A stretch of 64,000 bases of DNA from Acidobacteriota bacterium (lineage in GTDB: Bacteria > Acidobacteriota > Terriglobia > Acidiferrales > 2-02-FULL-67-57). The translations under genes were made by a program, and so were the position numbers. Positions 30,692 to 40,174 of the stretch are shown in pieces; within the stretch, counting starts at the first letter, position 1; the number at the start of each line of letters is the position of its first letter. Where the stretch lies: NCBI GenBank assembly GCA_037442885.1, contig JBBIPK010000007.1:4093-68092 (forward strand), in the 5' to 3' direction. Below the pieces are notes generated by a model. It had not been told where the DNA came from. It searched no databases and was given only the letters and a program-made list of their open reading frames with translations.

Positions 30692-31110
30692 CCCGACCCC
30701 GACGGCAGCCGCGGCCGCCAGTCGGGGGAGGGATCTGCTGTTAGTCTTTTTCCCGAATCACGGTTCGCGCATCACGAGCCTGTCCCGCCAAGAAACACCA
30801 GGATTCAGGCCGCGCATGGACGGGCTGGGCGGGCCCTGCGGCCCAGTCAGTTACGGGGGCAGCGGAGGGGATTTATGGCCGCAGGGGGGGTGGTTTGATT
30901 TCCTTTTGCCGAGGGATGGGGTGCGTCTCGACTGGCTGGCTTTGGCGGCCTGCTCGACCCGCTCCCATACGGCCTGGGGCAAGCCGGCGATGGAAATCCT
31001 CACACCCTAGTACCCCAATGCCTCGCGTTAGTCCACCGGCGAGACGCTCTTCGACCGCACTCAGGGCTTGGGGCGTGCCACCGCTGCCACCGGGAAGTGA
31101 GTGGGTTTAA

Positions 31111-31875
31111 TTATTGTTCTTGGACTTCCAGCGTGGAAACCGGTGCACGCACAGCCTCGAAGGCGCACTCAGGGAAATAGAGGTGATTGTAAGAGCATGA
31201 GGTCATCCACGGGTAGGCATATTCCACGCCGGCATTTCTGGCGTGTACGGTTACCACGTTAGCGGAAACCGTTGCTACGACGATCGCGGACAGAGCAGGG
31301 TCGGAGTTGATTCTGCTGGCTATCTGTTGAGCTAGAGAGGAAGCAGTAGTGCCGGCGATGGCCAAAGCACTTATGGTTGTGCCATTGATGTTAACCCAGA
31401 TCCTTGTGTTATTGCATATCTGGCGTCTTCTAAAACACTCAGGCTCTGAACAAGTCTCCTGACATTCGACGCCCGGACCCTCAATGATCAGCCTGCCGAG
31501 GACGATGGTTACTATAGCGGGCTGGCAAATCAAAGTGGCCTCTCCTGCACAGGGCAAAGTAGCGATTCCGATACACCCCGTAAAGGGGCTCAACGCCGTG
31601 TATCGGATGTTGTCCACCATGTGCGTTGCCCAGGCCACACCAAACATATTAAGTCGAACGGTAGCAAAGTCGGCGCACCCATCGATTGGGAAGCAGCAGA
31701 CGCCAGCATGAACAGGTTCTGCGCGTTGCACGGTAACAACATCTCCAGGGGTTCCTTGGACTCGCAAGTCCCCTCCTGGCGGAAGTGGCGGAGCACAGCC
31801 GACCAGAGATACAGCAGCGGCAAGGATGAACTTGGCGTAGCTCCGCTGCTTCAGGTTGAGACTCGGTCGGGCCAT
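31111..31875 (-). CDS. Cys-rich putative lipoprotein, function unknown
   Basis: Lipobox SLVG-C after a basic and hydrophobic leader; 13 Cys; ATG lies 1 nt after the upstream stop; AT-richer DNA. Confidence 0.75.
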   Translation of the reverse strand: MARPSLNLKQRSYAKFILAAAVSLVGCAPPLPPGGDLRVQGTPGDVVTVQRAEPVHAGVCCFPIDGCADFATVRLNMFGVAWATHMVDNIRYTALSPFTGCIGIATLPCAGEATLICQPAIVTIVLGRLIIEGPGVECQETCSEPECFRRRQICNNTRIWVNINGTTISALAIAGTTASSLAQQIASRINSDPALSAIVVATVSANVVTVHARNAGVEYAYPWMTSCSYNHLYFPECAFEAVRAPVSTLEVQEQ

Positions 31876-31876
31876 T

Positions 31877-32728
31877 TTAGAAGCCCAGCTCGCCAAATAA
31901 CTGGCCCATTGCCTGTTCAGTTAAGAAAGTCTGCAGTGGACGGCGAACCAAGTATCCGCGCTCTCCGTAGAGATATCGGTTTGCCATGTCTAATCCTGTC
32001 AGATCGGTCAATGCCTTTCTAACTTTGCTGGAGAAATCGCCCCCGAAGCCTGTGTCTCCGGAAGCGAGGAAATAGAAAACCAGTATCGCTTCGCCGGGGT
32101 AGAAGTTGGTTGAGTTGCTGACCATGCCGGGCGCCCATTGCGAAAACGTGGCCTTGCCTCCCGCAAACGCAGCGGAACTAATTGTGACCGTCCATCTGCC
32201 GTCACCCTGCTTGACGGCGCTGACATAATCTTCCTTCTGGTTGAGACCAAGTCTGCCTTTTGGCGTAAGCTCGGTCATCATGGCCCAGAACAGGGCCACC
32301 TGCTGCTCGGCCGTCATGCTTGCAAGCCTTGCATTGATCAAGTTGGTTACAGCTGTCGCTAGTTGCTCGGCGGTAATCTGCGGTGAACCCGCCTTACGGG
32401 CGTTCCAGTCGGCTGTGGCCAGCCGATCCAACAGTGGCGCCGTCAGGCCTAGTCCCCATTCCGAGCGGGAAACGACATAGCTGTTCCAATCCGAGAGCGT
32501 CTGCAACGTCTCTGAGGGGGAAGCGGATTGCTGGAGCCTTACTCCGAATTGCGCCATCCCGCCATCGGAGGCTTGGAGATAGCTGGCTGCCGAAAACTCC
32601 CCACCGCCCGTAGCGGCGATCACTCCTACTGTTTGGCGACTAGTCCGAAACCACCAAGCAAAGCCAACAACCACGAGAAAAGCGAAAACTATCAATGCTG
32701 ATCGGAGGGTCTTCTTTCGCATGGCCAA
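31877..32728 (-). CDS. Hypothetical protein with N-terminal membrane anchor
   Basis: 283-aa ORF, MRKK followed by a hydrophobic helix; coupled to the lipoprotein gene. Confidence 0.75.
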   Translation of the reverse strand: MAMRKKTLRSALIVFAFLVVVGFAWWFRTSRQTVGVIAATGGGEFSAASYLQASDGGMAQFGVRLQQSASPSETLQTLSDWNSYVVSRSEWGLGLTAPLLDRLATADWNARKAGSPQITAEQLATAVTNLINARLASMTAEQQVALFWAMMTELTPKGRLGLNQKEDYVSAVKQGDGRWTVTISSAAFAGGKATFSQWAPGMVSNSTNFYPGEAILVFYFLASGDTGFGGDFSSKVRKALTDLTGLDMANRYLYGERGYLVRRPLQTFLTEQAMGQLFGELGF

Positions 32729-32910
32729 GCCCTTCTGCTTGGGTGGAAAATTTGCTTCCTATTACCAAAGAAAAGCTGCCGTATCAAGTGAATGCGGTGC
32801 AAGCAGCGCCAGCGCCAGTGTTTGAACTGAGAAGTGACCAGAGTCTGTCAGGCGGAGCCCTTCGGCAAAAGCCGCAGGATCAGTCTTCGAGAAGGGCGGC
32901 GCGGTCCACC

Positions 32911-33170
32911 AAGCGGGCCTGGGTGCCGTCGTGGAGGGCGTGGGTGCGCTCATTCAGATACGCCACGTCTGAGTTCGGGGTGACGAGCAGGAGGGTCATC
33001 GTCAAGACGGGATGGGTTCGCCGCCGCTCGCTGGAGACGCTCCTGCAGAAGGTTGAGGGCGTCGGCGTCGACTAGGGAATCCTTGGCAGGCTGCTCGGCT
33101 AGGACCTATGGTGGTCACCGGAAGGGGCGGGTCGAAGGATCCGTTCCGTCGCGTTGCGCAGCCGCTGGAG
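32911..33170 (+). pseudogene. Decayed bacterial PH-domain (bPH_2-like) membrane protein gene
   Basis: RYATSEFGVTSRRVIVKTGWVRRRSLETLLQKVEGVGVD*GILGRLLG* then, in a shifted frame, VVTGRGGSKDPFRRVAQPLE; TAG stops at 33073 and 33100; frameshifts near 32955 and 33105. Confidence 0.7.
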
Positions 33171-33290
33171 CCCGCAGGCACGTCCACGGGCGAGTGGGAA
33201 AATCCTGACCCCTATCACGCCGCCAGCGGCAGCCTGAACGCGACTGCGGATGCGGTAAAGCCCGGGCCCCCTGGTCGGCAAGGCAAGCAG

Positions 33291-33400
33291 ATTCCCCCCG
33301 CCCCTTTTCGCCTTTGGTTCAGCCGCGCCGGAAGCCGTTCAGCCCCACGGGCTTCCGCCCGTGGGTGTGCAGCAAGGCCAAAGGGCAGGGTCGGAATGAC
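33291..33400. repeat. Long nested REP-type hairpin
   Basis: ATTCC/GGAAT, CCTTTGG/CCAAAGG and CCCACGGG/CCCGTGGG pairings. Confidence 0.7.
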
Positions 33401-33485
33401 AAACGGGGAGCGGAGCGCCGGGCCAGAAGCGCGGTGGCTCGGGGGTGGGTTCGGTATTAGAATCGGGGCAAAGAACATCGTCGTG

Positions 33486-34580
33486 ATGGCTTCGCGGACG
33501 AAAACCGAATCCCTGCGGCGCGCTCTGCTCGGGTGGTTTGACCGGAACCGGCGCGACCTGCCGTGGCGACGTCCCGATAGCTATCGGGACGACCCCTATC
33601 GCATCTGGCTGGCCGAAACCATGCTCCAGCAGACGCGCGTGCCCGTCGTGATTCCCTACTACCGGCGGTTCCTGCGCGTGTTTCCGACTCTGCGGCGGCT
33701 GGCGACGGCGCGGCGGGAGCGGGTGCTCGCGGCCTGGGCGGGGCTGGGCTACTACCAGCGCGCGCGCAATCTCCATCGAGCCGCAAAAACAATCCTGAGC
33801 CGGCATCGGGGTCGCTTCCCCGACTCGCTTGAAGCCGCCCTGCGCCTGCCGGGCATCGGCCCCTACACCGCCCGCGCCATCCTCAGCATCGCCTACGGCC
33901 AGCCGCACGCGGTGGTGGACGGCAACGTCGCGCGGGTGCTGGCGCGGGTCTTTCGGATTCGCCTGGCGGACTCGCAAGCCGCGCGGGCGAAACTCCAGCC
34001 GCTGGCCGACCGCCTGGTGTCGCCTCGGCGGCCGGGCGACTTCAATCAGGCGTTGATGGAATTGGGCTCCACCATCTGTCTGCCCAGACTGCCCCGCTGC
34101 GCGGCCTGTCCGCTTGCGCGAGTCTGCGCGGCGCGACGCGCAGGCATCGAGAATTCCTGGCCGCCGCGCACTGCGCGTCGCCCTCGCCCGCGCCGACGGC
34201 TTGCCGTCCTTGTTCTCCGCCGCCACGGGCGGCTGTTGGTTACACGCGAGCGCCGCGGCCTCTTCAGCGGTCTCTGGCACTTCCCCTATGCCAGCCGCCG
34301 CAACGGAAGGAGCTTGCCCCCTTCGCTCGTGGCGCTTGTAGCGCGCTTCCGCGCTCGGCTCGATTCTCGCCAGCCGATCGTGCGGATTCGCCATCCGATG
34401 ACCGCGGGCGACCTTGACCTCAGCGTCTATGTCGGCGCGGCTCGCCGCGACGGAAGCTTGCCGGGCGCGCGCTGGGTCTCTCCGCATCGTCTGCAAGAAA
34501 TCGGCGTGAGCGCCGGAACCCGCAAGATTGCAGAAGCGCTGAGAGGCGACGTGCATTCGGTGTATGATGGCGCAGCATAG
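33486..34580 (+). CDS. mutY: A/G-specific adenine glycosylase MutY
   Basis: RRDLPWR, ETMLQQT, GLGYYQRARN, HhH LPGIGPYTA, VDGNVARV, 4Fe-4S motif C-X6-C-X2-C-X5-C; start inferred. Confidence 0.95.
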   Translation: MASRTKTESLRRALLGWFDRNRRDLPWRRPDSYRDDPYRIWLAETMLQQTRVPVVIPYYRRFLRVFPTLRRLATARRERVLAAWAGLGYYQRARNLHRAAKTILSRHRGRFPDSLEAALRLPGIGPYTARAILSIAYGQPHAVVDGNVARVLARVFRIRLADSQAARAKLQPLADRLVSPRRPGDFNQALMELGSTICLPRLPRCAACPLARVCAARRAGIENSWPPRTARRPRPRRRLAVLVLRRHGRLLVTRERRGLFSGLWHFPYASRRNGRSLPPSLVALVARFRARLDSRQPIVRIRHPMTAGDLDLSVYVGAARRDGSLPGARWVSPHRLQEIGVSAGTRKIAEALRGDVHSVYDGAA

Positions 34581-36774
34581 AGTCATGGCGGCAACGGCTC
34601 GCCCCAGCCCCAGCGTCGTGCAGCGCTACTTCGAGGTCTCACTCTTCCTGCTGCTGACGGTGGGCTTTCTGACGCTCGCAAGCACGGGCCGGCTCGACAT
34701 TCCCTCGCTCGTCGTCGCGGGCCTCGCGCTCGCGGTCAAGGCGCTGCGCTACCGGCGCCATCCCGAGCCGGAGCTCTCCCCGCTGATCGTGAACCGGCTG
34801 ACCTGGTTTTACTTCCTCTTCTATGCCCTCGACTATTTCTTGTTGTCTGGCACGTTCCTCGATGCCACCGTCCACCTCGTGCTCTTCCTCGCTGTGGTCA
34901 AGCTCTTCTCGGCGCGCACCAACCGCGACTACCTCTGGCTCGCCCTCATCGCCTTCCTGGAAATGCTCGCCGCCGCCATCCTCACCGTGGACACCACCTT
35001 CCTCTTCTTCTTCTTCCTCTTCCTGCTGCTGGGAATCTCGACCTTCGTCAGCTTCGAAATCAAGCGCGGCGCGGAATCGGCGCGGACGGCGCCGCTGCCG
35101 GCCCACACGCCGCTGGCACGCCGCCTGCACCGCTCCTTGTTTGTCACCTCGGCGGTGGTGTCGGTGGGAATCCTCGTACTGGCCGCCATCATCTTCTTTA
35201 TCCTGCCGCGCTTCTCGACCGGCTTCTTCAGCGCCTACGCCTTCCAGCCCGAACTCATCACCGGATTCTCGAACGATGTCACGCTCGGCCAGATCGGGGA
35301 AATCAAGCGCAATCGCGCCGTCATCATGCGGATTCAGGTGGCAGGCAACGACCCGCAGGCCGCCCAAGACATCAAGTGGCGCGGCATCGCCCTGGCGCAG
35401 TTTGACGGCAAGCGCTGGTACAACGAACTTCACCCGCCGGCCGTCCTGCGCCTGCCGCGTGCCACGCGCTTCTACCTGCCGATTGCGCAATATCCGCGCC
35501 GGCCGGTCGGCCGCCGCCTGGATTACCGCGTGCTGCTCGAACCTGTCAGCACCGACGCTCTGTTTCTCGCCGCCGTCCCCGCCTGGGTGGAGGGCCGCTT
35601 TCAGAGTCTCGGCGTAGATGCAAATGATTCCGTCGTCAACCCGCAGCACAACTACACGAAGGTCAGCTACGCCGCCGGCTCGGTGGTGACGCGCCCGTCG
35701 GCTTCCCTGCTCCGGCAAACCCGCGCTGATTACCCGAAGGAAATCAGCGAACGCTACCTGCAGCTCCCCCCACTCGATCCCCGCATTCGAGAACTGGCGG
35801 CCTCGCTGACCGCCCCGCTCGCTACGGCCTACGACAAGGCCGCCGCCCTTGAGCTCCATCTGCGCACACAATACGGCTACACACTCGACCTCCCGCCCGT
35901 CCTGCCGGACGACCCGATCGCGAGCTTCCTGTTTGAAACCCGCCGCGGCCATTGCGAGTACTTCGCCGCCGCGATGGCCGTGCTCGCTCGCTCCGTAGGC
36001 ATTCCTGCGCGCATCGTGAACGGCTTCCTCACCGGCGACTACAACGACGTGGGCGAAGACTACATCGTGCGCGCCAGCGACGCTCACACTTGGGTGGAGG
36101 TTTTCTTTCCCGAGGTCGGCTGGGTAGAGTTCGACCCCACGCCTCCCTCCGCCGAGTATCGCGCGCGGACCTTCTGGACTCGGCTGGGGGATTACGCCGA
36201 TGCCTTTGACCTCTGGTGGAGCGAATGGGTCATCAACTACGACTTCAGCCACCAGATTCAGTTGGCGCGCAACCTCGAGCGACGCACGCGCTCCTGGACT
36301 CTGCAGGCGCACCTCTACCTCCGCCAACTCCGCCGCAATATCACCCGCGAACTCCAGCAGGCAGAAACCAGTATCCTCACCAGCCCCTCCCTGCTGCCCG
36401 CCCTGCTGGTGGTTCTGTTGGCTCTAATCGGTTTCTTCCGCGGGCGCCAACTGCGCGATTGGCTCGCCCTGAATTGGCAACTCCGACGCCGGAGGAGCGC
36501 CGGCCTCGTCGGCCGCGAAGCCACGCTCAGCTATCGCCGCTTCCTGAAGCTCCTCGCCCGGAAGGGATTTCACAAACGGCCCGGGCAGACGCCGCTCGAG
36601 TTCTCCGCCAGTCTCTCGACCCAGCCGCTGGGCCCGGTCGTAGCCGAATTCACGCGTCTCTACCAGGAAGCCCGCTACGGCGAACACCCGGCCGACACCG
36701 CCCGGCTCCTCGGCCTGATCCGCAGCCTGCAACAGTGGAAGCCATCCGCCGCCGCCCGCGATGAAAACACGTGA
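34564..36774 (+). CDS. DUF3488/transglutaminase-like (TgpA-type) membrane protein with DUF4129-like C-terminus
   Basis: Multi-TM N-terminus; GHCEYFA, HTWVEV, WVEFDPTP (Cys-His-Asp triad). Confidence 0.92.
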   Translation: MMAQHRVMAATARPSPSVVQRYFEVSLFLLLTVGFLTLASTGRLDIPSLVVAGLALAVKALRYRRHPEPELSPLIVNRLTWFYFLFYALDYFLLSGTFLDATVHLVLFLAVVKLFSARTNRDYLWLALIAFLEMLAAAILTVDTTFLFFFFLFLLLGISTFVSFEIKRGAESARTAPLPAHTPLARRLHRSLFVTSAVVSVGILVLAAIIFFILPRFSTGFFSAYAFQPELITGFSNDVTLGQIGEIKRNRAVIMRIQVAGNDPQAAQDIKWRGIALAQFDGKRWYNELHPPAVLRLPRATRFYLPIAQYPRRPVGRRLDYRVLLEPVSTDALFLAAVPAWVEGRFQSLGVDANDSVVNPQHNYTKVSYAAGSVVTRPSASLLRQTRADYPKEISERYLQLPPLDPRIRELAASLTAPLATAYDKAAALELHLRTQYGYTLDLPPVLPDDPIASFLFETRRGHCEYFAAAMAVLARSVGIPARIVNGFLTGDYNDVGEDYIVRASDAHTWVEVFFPEVGWVEFDPTPPSAEYRARTFWTRLGDYADAFDLWWSEWVINYDFSHQIQLARNLERRTRSWTLQAHLYLRQLRRNITRELQQAETSILTSPSLLPALLVVLLALIGFFRGRQLRDWLALNWQLRRRRSAGLVGREATLSYRRFLKLLARKGFHKRPGQTPLEFSASLSTQPLGPVVAEFTRLYQEARYGEHPADTARLLGLIRSLQQWKPSAAARDENT

Positions 36775-37258
36775 CGCCGAGGCCGGCGCAGCGGCCATCG
36801 CCACCCTGTTCGGCCTGGGCCGCATCCCCCGTATCCCGGGAACCGCCGGCTCGCTGGCATCCGCCTTGTTCTTCGTCCTGCTCGTCCGCGTCCTCCCCGC
36901 GCAGAGTCTTCTGTTTGCTCATTTAGTGTGGCTGGGCGTCCTGCTGCCGGTAGCGGTCTCGGCGTCGGCTGCAGCCGTGCGCGCTGCGGGCGGACACGAC
37001 CCGCGCGAAGTTGTGATTGATGAATTCATCGGCCAGCACTTGGCGCTGCTGCCGCTCGCCTTCCCGGGGGCTTTCGGGTGGAAAATGTGGCTGCTCGGAT
37101 TTATACTTTTTCGCGCCTTTGACATTGCCAAGCCCTTTCCGCTGCGCCGGCTGGAACGCTGGCCGGGCGGATGGGGCGTGGTGGCGGACGATCTCGCCGC
37201 CGGGCTCTACGCGGCGGCGGTGCTGGCGCTGGTGCAGTACACAGGGTTCGTGGCGTGA
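36761..37258 (+). CDS. pgpA: Phosphatidylglycerophosphatase A
   Basis: DPREVVIDE, FRAFDIAKP, GVVADDLAAG. Confidence 0.92.
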   Translation: MKTRDAEAGAAAIATLFGLGRIPRIPGTAGSLASALFFVLLVRVLPAQSLLFAHLVWLGVLLPVAVSASAAAVRAAGGHDPREVVIDEFIGQHLALLPLAFPGAFGWKMWLLGFILFRAFDIAKPFPLRRLERWPGGWGVVADDLAAGLYAAAVLALVQYTGFVA

Positions 37259-38307
37259 CCTCAAAACTTTCCCCACTCCAGAAACCCGGTGACGGCGGTG
37301 TAGGCCCGCGCATCGAGCGCGTCCACCCCCAAGCTGCCATTCCGGGCGGCGATGTCTTCATCCACGGCTCGGGCTTTGCTCCTGATCACCAGCGGCCCCA
37401 GGTACGGTTCGGTGACAGCGAAGCGCCCGTGGTGGTGGCCTCCGACCAGCTTGTGGTCGCCCGGGTCCCCGAAGGTGCGCTGGGCGGGAACGTCCAGGTA
37501 ACTTCCGCCCAGACTGCCAGCGATCCCTTCCCGTTTGAAATCGGCGTCCAGATCGCCGACAACCTCCATCCCGTGGCCAATCCCGCCGTGGACGCCGCGG
37601 GCAACATCTATGTGACCTTCAGCGGCACACGCGGACAGAAAGTGCCCATCTCCATCTACCGAATTGACCGCAACTACAACATCAAGCCCTTTGTAGCCGA
37701 CCTGATGAACCCGACGGGCCTGGCGGTGGATGCCGAGGGTCAGCTCTACGTCTCGAGCCGGCACGAAGGCATCGTCTACCGTGTCACGCCGGAGGGCCAG
37801 CGCAGTGTTTTCGCCGAAGGCATGGGCATCGCCACCGGCATCGCCTTCGATGCCGAAATGAACCTCTACGTCGGTGACCGCAGCGGCACCCTCTTCAAGG
37901 TCAACCGCAACGGCCAGATTTTTGTCTTTGCCACCCTGGAGCCTTCCATCGCCGCCTATCACCTCGCCTTTGGCGCCGATGGGTCCCTCTTCGTCACCGG
38001 CCCGACCACCTCCAGCTTCGACTCCGTCTATCGCGTCTCTCCCGAAGGCAAAGTTTCCAACTTCTACCGCGGCCTGGGACGCCCGCAGGGGCTGGCCTTC
38101 GACGTTGATGGCATGCTCTACGTGGTCGCCTCCCTCCATGGCCGCCGCGGCGTCGTGCGGCTCACCCCCGACGCCCAGGCCGATCTGGTCATTTCCGGAC
38201 CCAACCTGGTCGGCCTCGCTTTCGCCGCCAAGCTCCTGCTGTTGGCCAGTACGAATGCCCTCTACCATCTGAACTGGCCGACCGCCGGCAAGCCCCTGCT
38301 CTCCTAG
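37255..38307 (+). CDS. IPT/TIG domain plus SMP-30/NHL-type beta-propeller protein
   Basis: N-terminal Ig-like IHGSGF...VVARVPEG, then repeated PTGLAVD, GIAFD and PQGLAFD blades. Confidence 0.8.
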   Translation: MTSKLSPLQKPGDGGVGPRIERVHPQAAIPGGDVFIHGSGFAPDHQRPQVRFGDSEAPVVVASDQLVVARVPEGALGGNVQVTSAQTASDPFPFEIGVQIADNLHPVANPAVDAAGNIYVTFSGTRGQKVPISIYRIDRNYNIKPFVADLMNPTGLAVDAEGQLYVSSRHEGIVYRVTPEGQRSVFAEGMGIATGIAFDAEMNLYVGDRSGTLFKVNRNGQIFVFATLEPSIAAYHLAFGADGSLFVTGPTTSSFDSVYRVSPEGKVSNFYRGLGRPQGLAFDVDGMLYVVASLHGRRGVVRLTPDAQADLVISGPNLVGLAFAAKLLLLASTNALYHLNWPTAGKPLLS

Positions 38308-38315
38308 CCGCGCCG

Positions 38316-39551
38316 ATGCAGGCTGAAATCATCGCCATCGGCTCCGAGCTGCTCACTCCTCATCGCCAGGACACCAACTCCCTCTGGCTGACTGAAAAAC
38401 TCCTCAGCCTCGGCATCCCCGTCATCCGCAAGACCGTGGTCGGCGACAACCGCGTGGACATCCGCAACGCCTTCGAGGAAGCCCTCGAGCGCGCCGAGCT
38501 GGTGATCGGCATCGGCGGACTTGGCCCCACCCGAGATGACATGACGCGGGAAGTCGTCGCCGACCTGCTCCAGCGGCCGCTGGAGGAGAATGCGGAAATC
38601 CTGGCGCGCATCGAAGAGCGCTTCCGCGCCCGCGGGCGGCGGATGCCGGAAGTCAACAAGCGCCAGGCGCTCGTCCCCCGCGGTGCCATTGCGCTCGACA
38701 ACGACAACGGCACCGCCCCCGGCCTCTGGCTGGAAGAGGCCAACAAGGTCGTCCTCCTGCTGCCCGGACCCCCGCAGGAGCTCATGCCCATGTTCGAGCA
38801 GCACTGCCTGGGCCCGCTGCGCGACCGTGCCCCCCGCAACATTATCCTGACCCGCGTCTTCAAGGTCGTGGGCATGCCCGAATCCGAAGTGGAAGAAAAA
38901 ATCGCTCCCCTCTACTCGCGCTATTCCAATCCCGCCACCACCCTCCTGGCCTCGCCGGGCGAGGTGCAAGTCCATCTGCAGGCCACCGGAGAGCGCCGCG
39001 AACGCGTGGAGCAACTGCTCACTGAACTGGGCGATCAGATCGAAGCGCTGCTGGGAGACAACATTTTCTCCCGCGGCCCCGAGACGCTGGAGCAAGTCGT
39101 GGGGATGTACCTCCTGATGCGCGGCGCCACCCTGGCAGTAGCCGAAAGCTGCACCGGCGGACTCATCGCCCGCCGCCTCACCGACGTTCCCGGCAGCTCG
39201 CGCTATTTCCTGGGCGGCGTCATCTGCTATTCCAATACGGTCAAGGAAAAACTGGCCGGCGTCCCCGACAAGCTTCTGAAGCAGAAGGGACCCGTGAGCG
39301 AAGAGGTGACGGCGGCGCTGGCGCGCGGCATCCGGCGCCACACGCGCGCCCGCCTCGGCCTGGCCGTCACCTGTATTGCCGGCCCCGAGGGCGCCCTCCC
39401 CCTCAAACCCGTCGGCACCACCTTCATCGCCCTCGCCGATGACCACCGCGAGCACGTCGTGAAATACCGCTTCCTGGGTGATCGCGAGCGCGTCCGCTGG
39501 CAGGCCTCCCAGGCGGCTCTCGACCTCGTGCGCCGCCGGCTGATGAAATAG
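38316..39551 (+). CDS. cinA: CinA (MocF-like domain plus NMN deamidase PncC)
   Basis: IIAIGSELL, GGLGPTRDD, PGPPQE, VAESCTGG, YSN..K. Confidence 0.95.
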   Translation: MQAEIIAIGSELLTPHRQDTNSLWLTEKLLSLGIPVIRKTVVGDNRVDIRNAFEEALERAELVIGIGGLGPTRDDMTREVVADLLQRPLEENAEILARIEERFRARGRRMPEVNKRQALVPRGAIALDNDNGTAPGLWLEEANKVVLLLPGPPQELMPMFEQHCLGPLRDRAPRNIILTRVFKVVGMPESEVEEKIAPLYSRYSNPATTLLASPGEVQVHLQATGERRERVEQLLTELGDQIEALLGDNIFSRGPETLEQVVGMYLLMRGATLAVAESCTGGLIARRLTDVPGSSRYFLGGVICYSNTVKEKLAGVPDKLLKQKGPVSEEVTAALARGIRRHTRARLGLAVTCIAGPEGALPLKPVGTTFIALADDHREHVVKYRFLGDRERVRWQASQAALDLVRRRLMK

Positions 39552-39555
39552 CCCG

Positions 39556-40125
39556 ATGCGCCTGTTCGTGGCCGTGGATGTGGCGCCGGAGATTCACGCC
39601 GCCGTGCGGGAGCTCATAGAGGAGCTTCGCCCCCTCGTGCCAAGCGCACGCTGGGTCGAAACCCAGGGTATGCACATCACCTTGAAGTTCATCGGTGAAA
39701 CACCAGAGCAAAAAGTAGGCGCGATCTCAAACCGGTTGGCGGGGATTCAGTCCAGCTCGCCGGTCGAGATGCGATTCCACGGGGTGGGTTTCTTCCCCAA
39801 TGAGCGTCAACCCCGGGTCCTCTGGGTGGGAATCGAAGCCACGCCCAACCTGGCCGAGCTGGCCGACCGCATCGAGGCAGAACTGGAGGAGCTCGACATC
39901 CCCCGCGAGAAGCGCGCCTTCCACCCCCACCTGACGCTGGCGCGGTTCCGCGTGCCGGCGCGCAACCCGCGCCTCGAGGAACGCCGGCCGGCGTTGGCGG
40001 CGCGCGAGTTTGGCCGACAGACGATTTCGGAGTTCTACCTCTACCAGAGTCACCTCTCGCCTCGGGGCGCCGAGTACCGCAAGCTGGCCCGGTTCCAGTT
40101 CGTCCGCCCTCACCCGGCGCATTGA
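39556..40125 (+). CDS. thpR: RNA 2',3'-cyclic phosphodiesterase (2H family)
   Basis: Two HxT motifs (HITLKF, HLTLAR). Confidence 0.93.
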   Translation: MRLFVAVDVAPEIHAAVRELIEELRPLVPSARWVETQGMHITLKFIGETPEQKVGAISNRLAGIQSSSPVEMRFHGVGFFPNERQPRVLWVGIEATPNLAELADRIEAELEELDIPREKRAFHPHLTLARFRVPARNPRLEERRPALAAREFGRQTISEFYLYQSHLSPRGAEYRKLARFQFVRPHPAH

Positions 40126-40174
40126 TTTGTCAGAGCCCATCGGTTAGAATTCCTCCCAGCTTTCTCCCAGGGGC

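Noticed and set aside
30829-31003. Short minus-strand frame RISIAGLPQAVWERVEQAAKAS resembling a ribbon-helix-helix start
   Set aside because: Too short, no RBS and no partner toxin; could be chance or a remnant.
30570-31010. Plus-strand ORF KPFRLNPFTV and minus-strand ORF 30459..30656
   Set aside because: Repeat variation is non-conservative in these frames (K/N, R/T); the FxxNG frame fits better.
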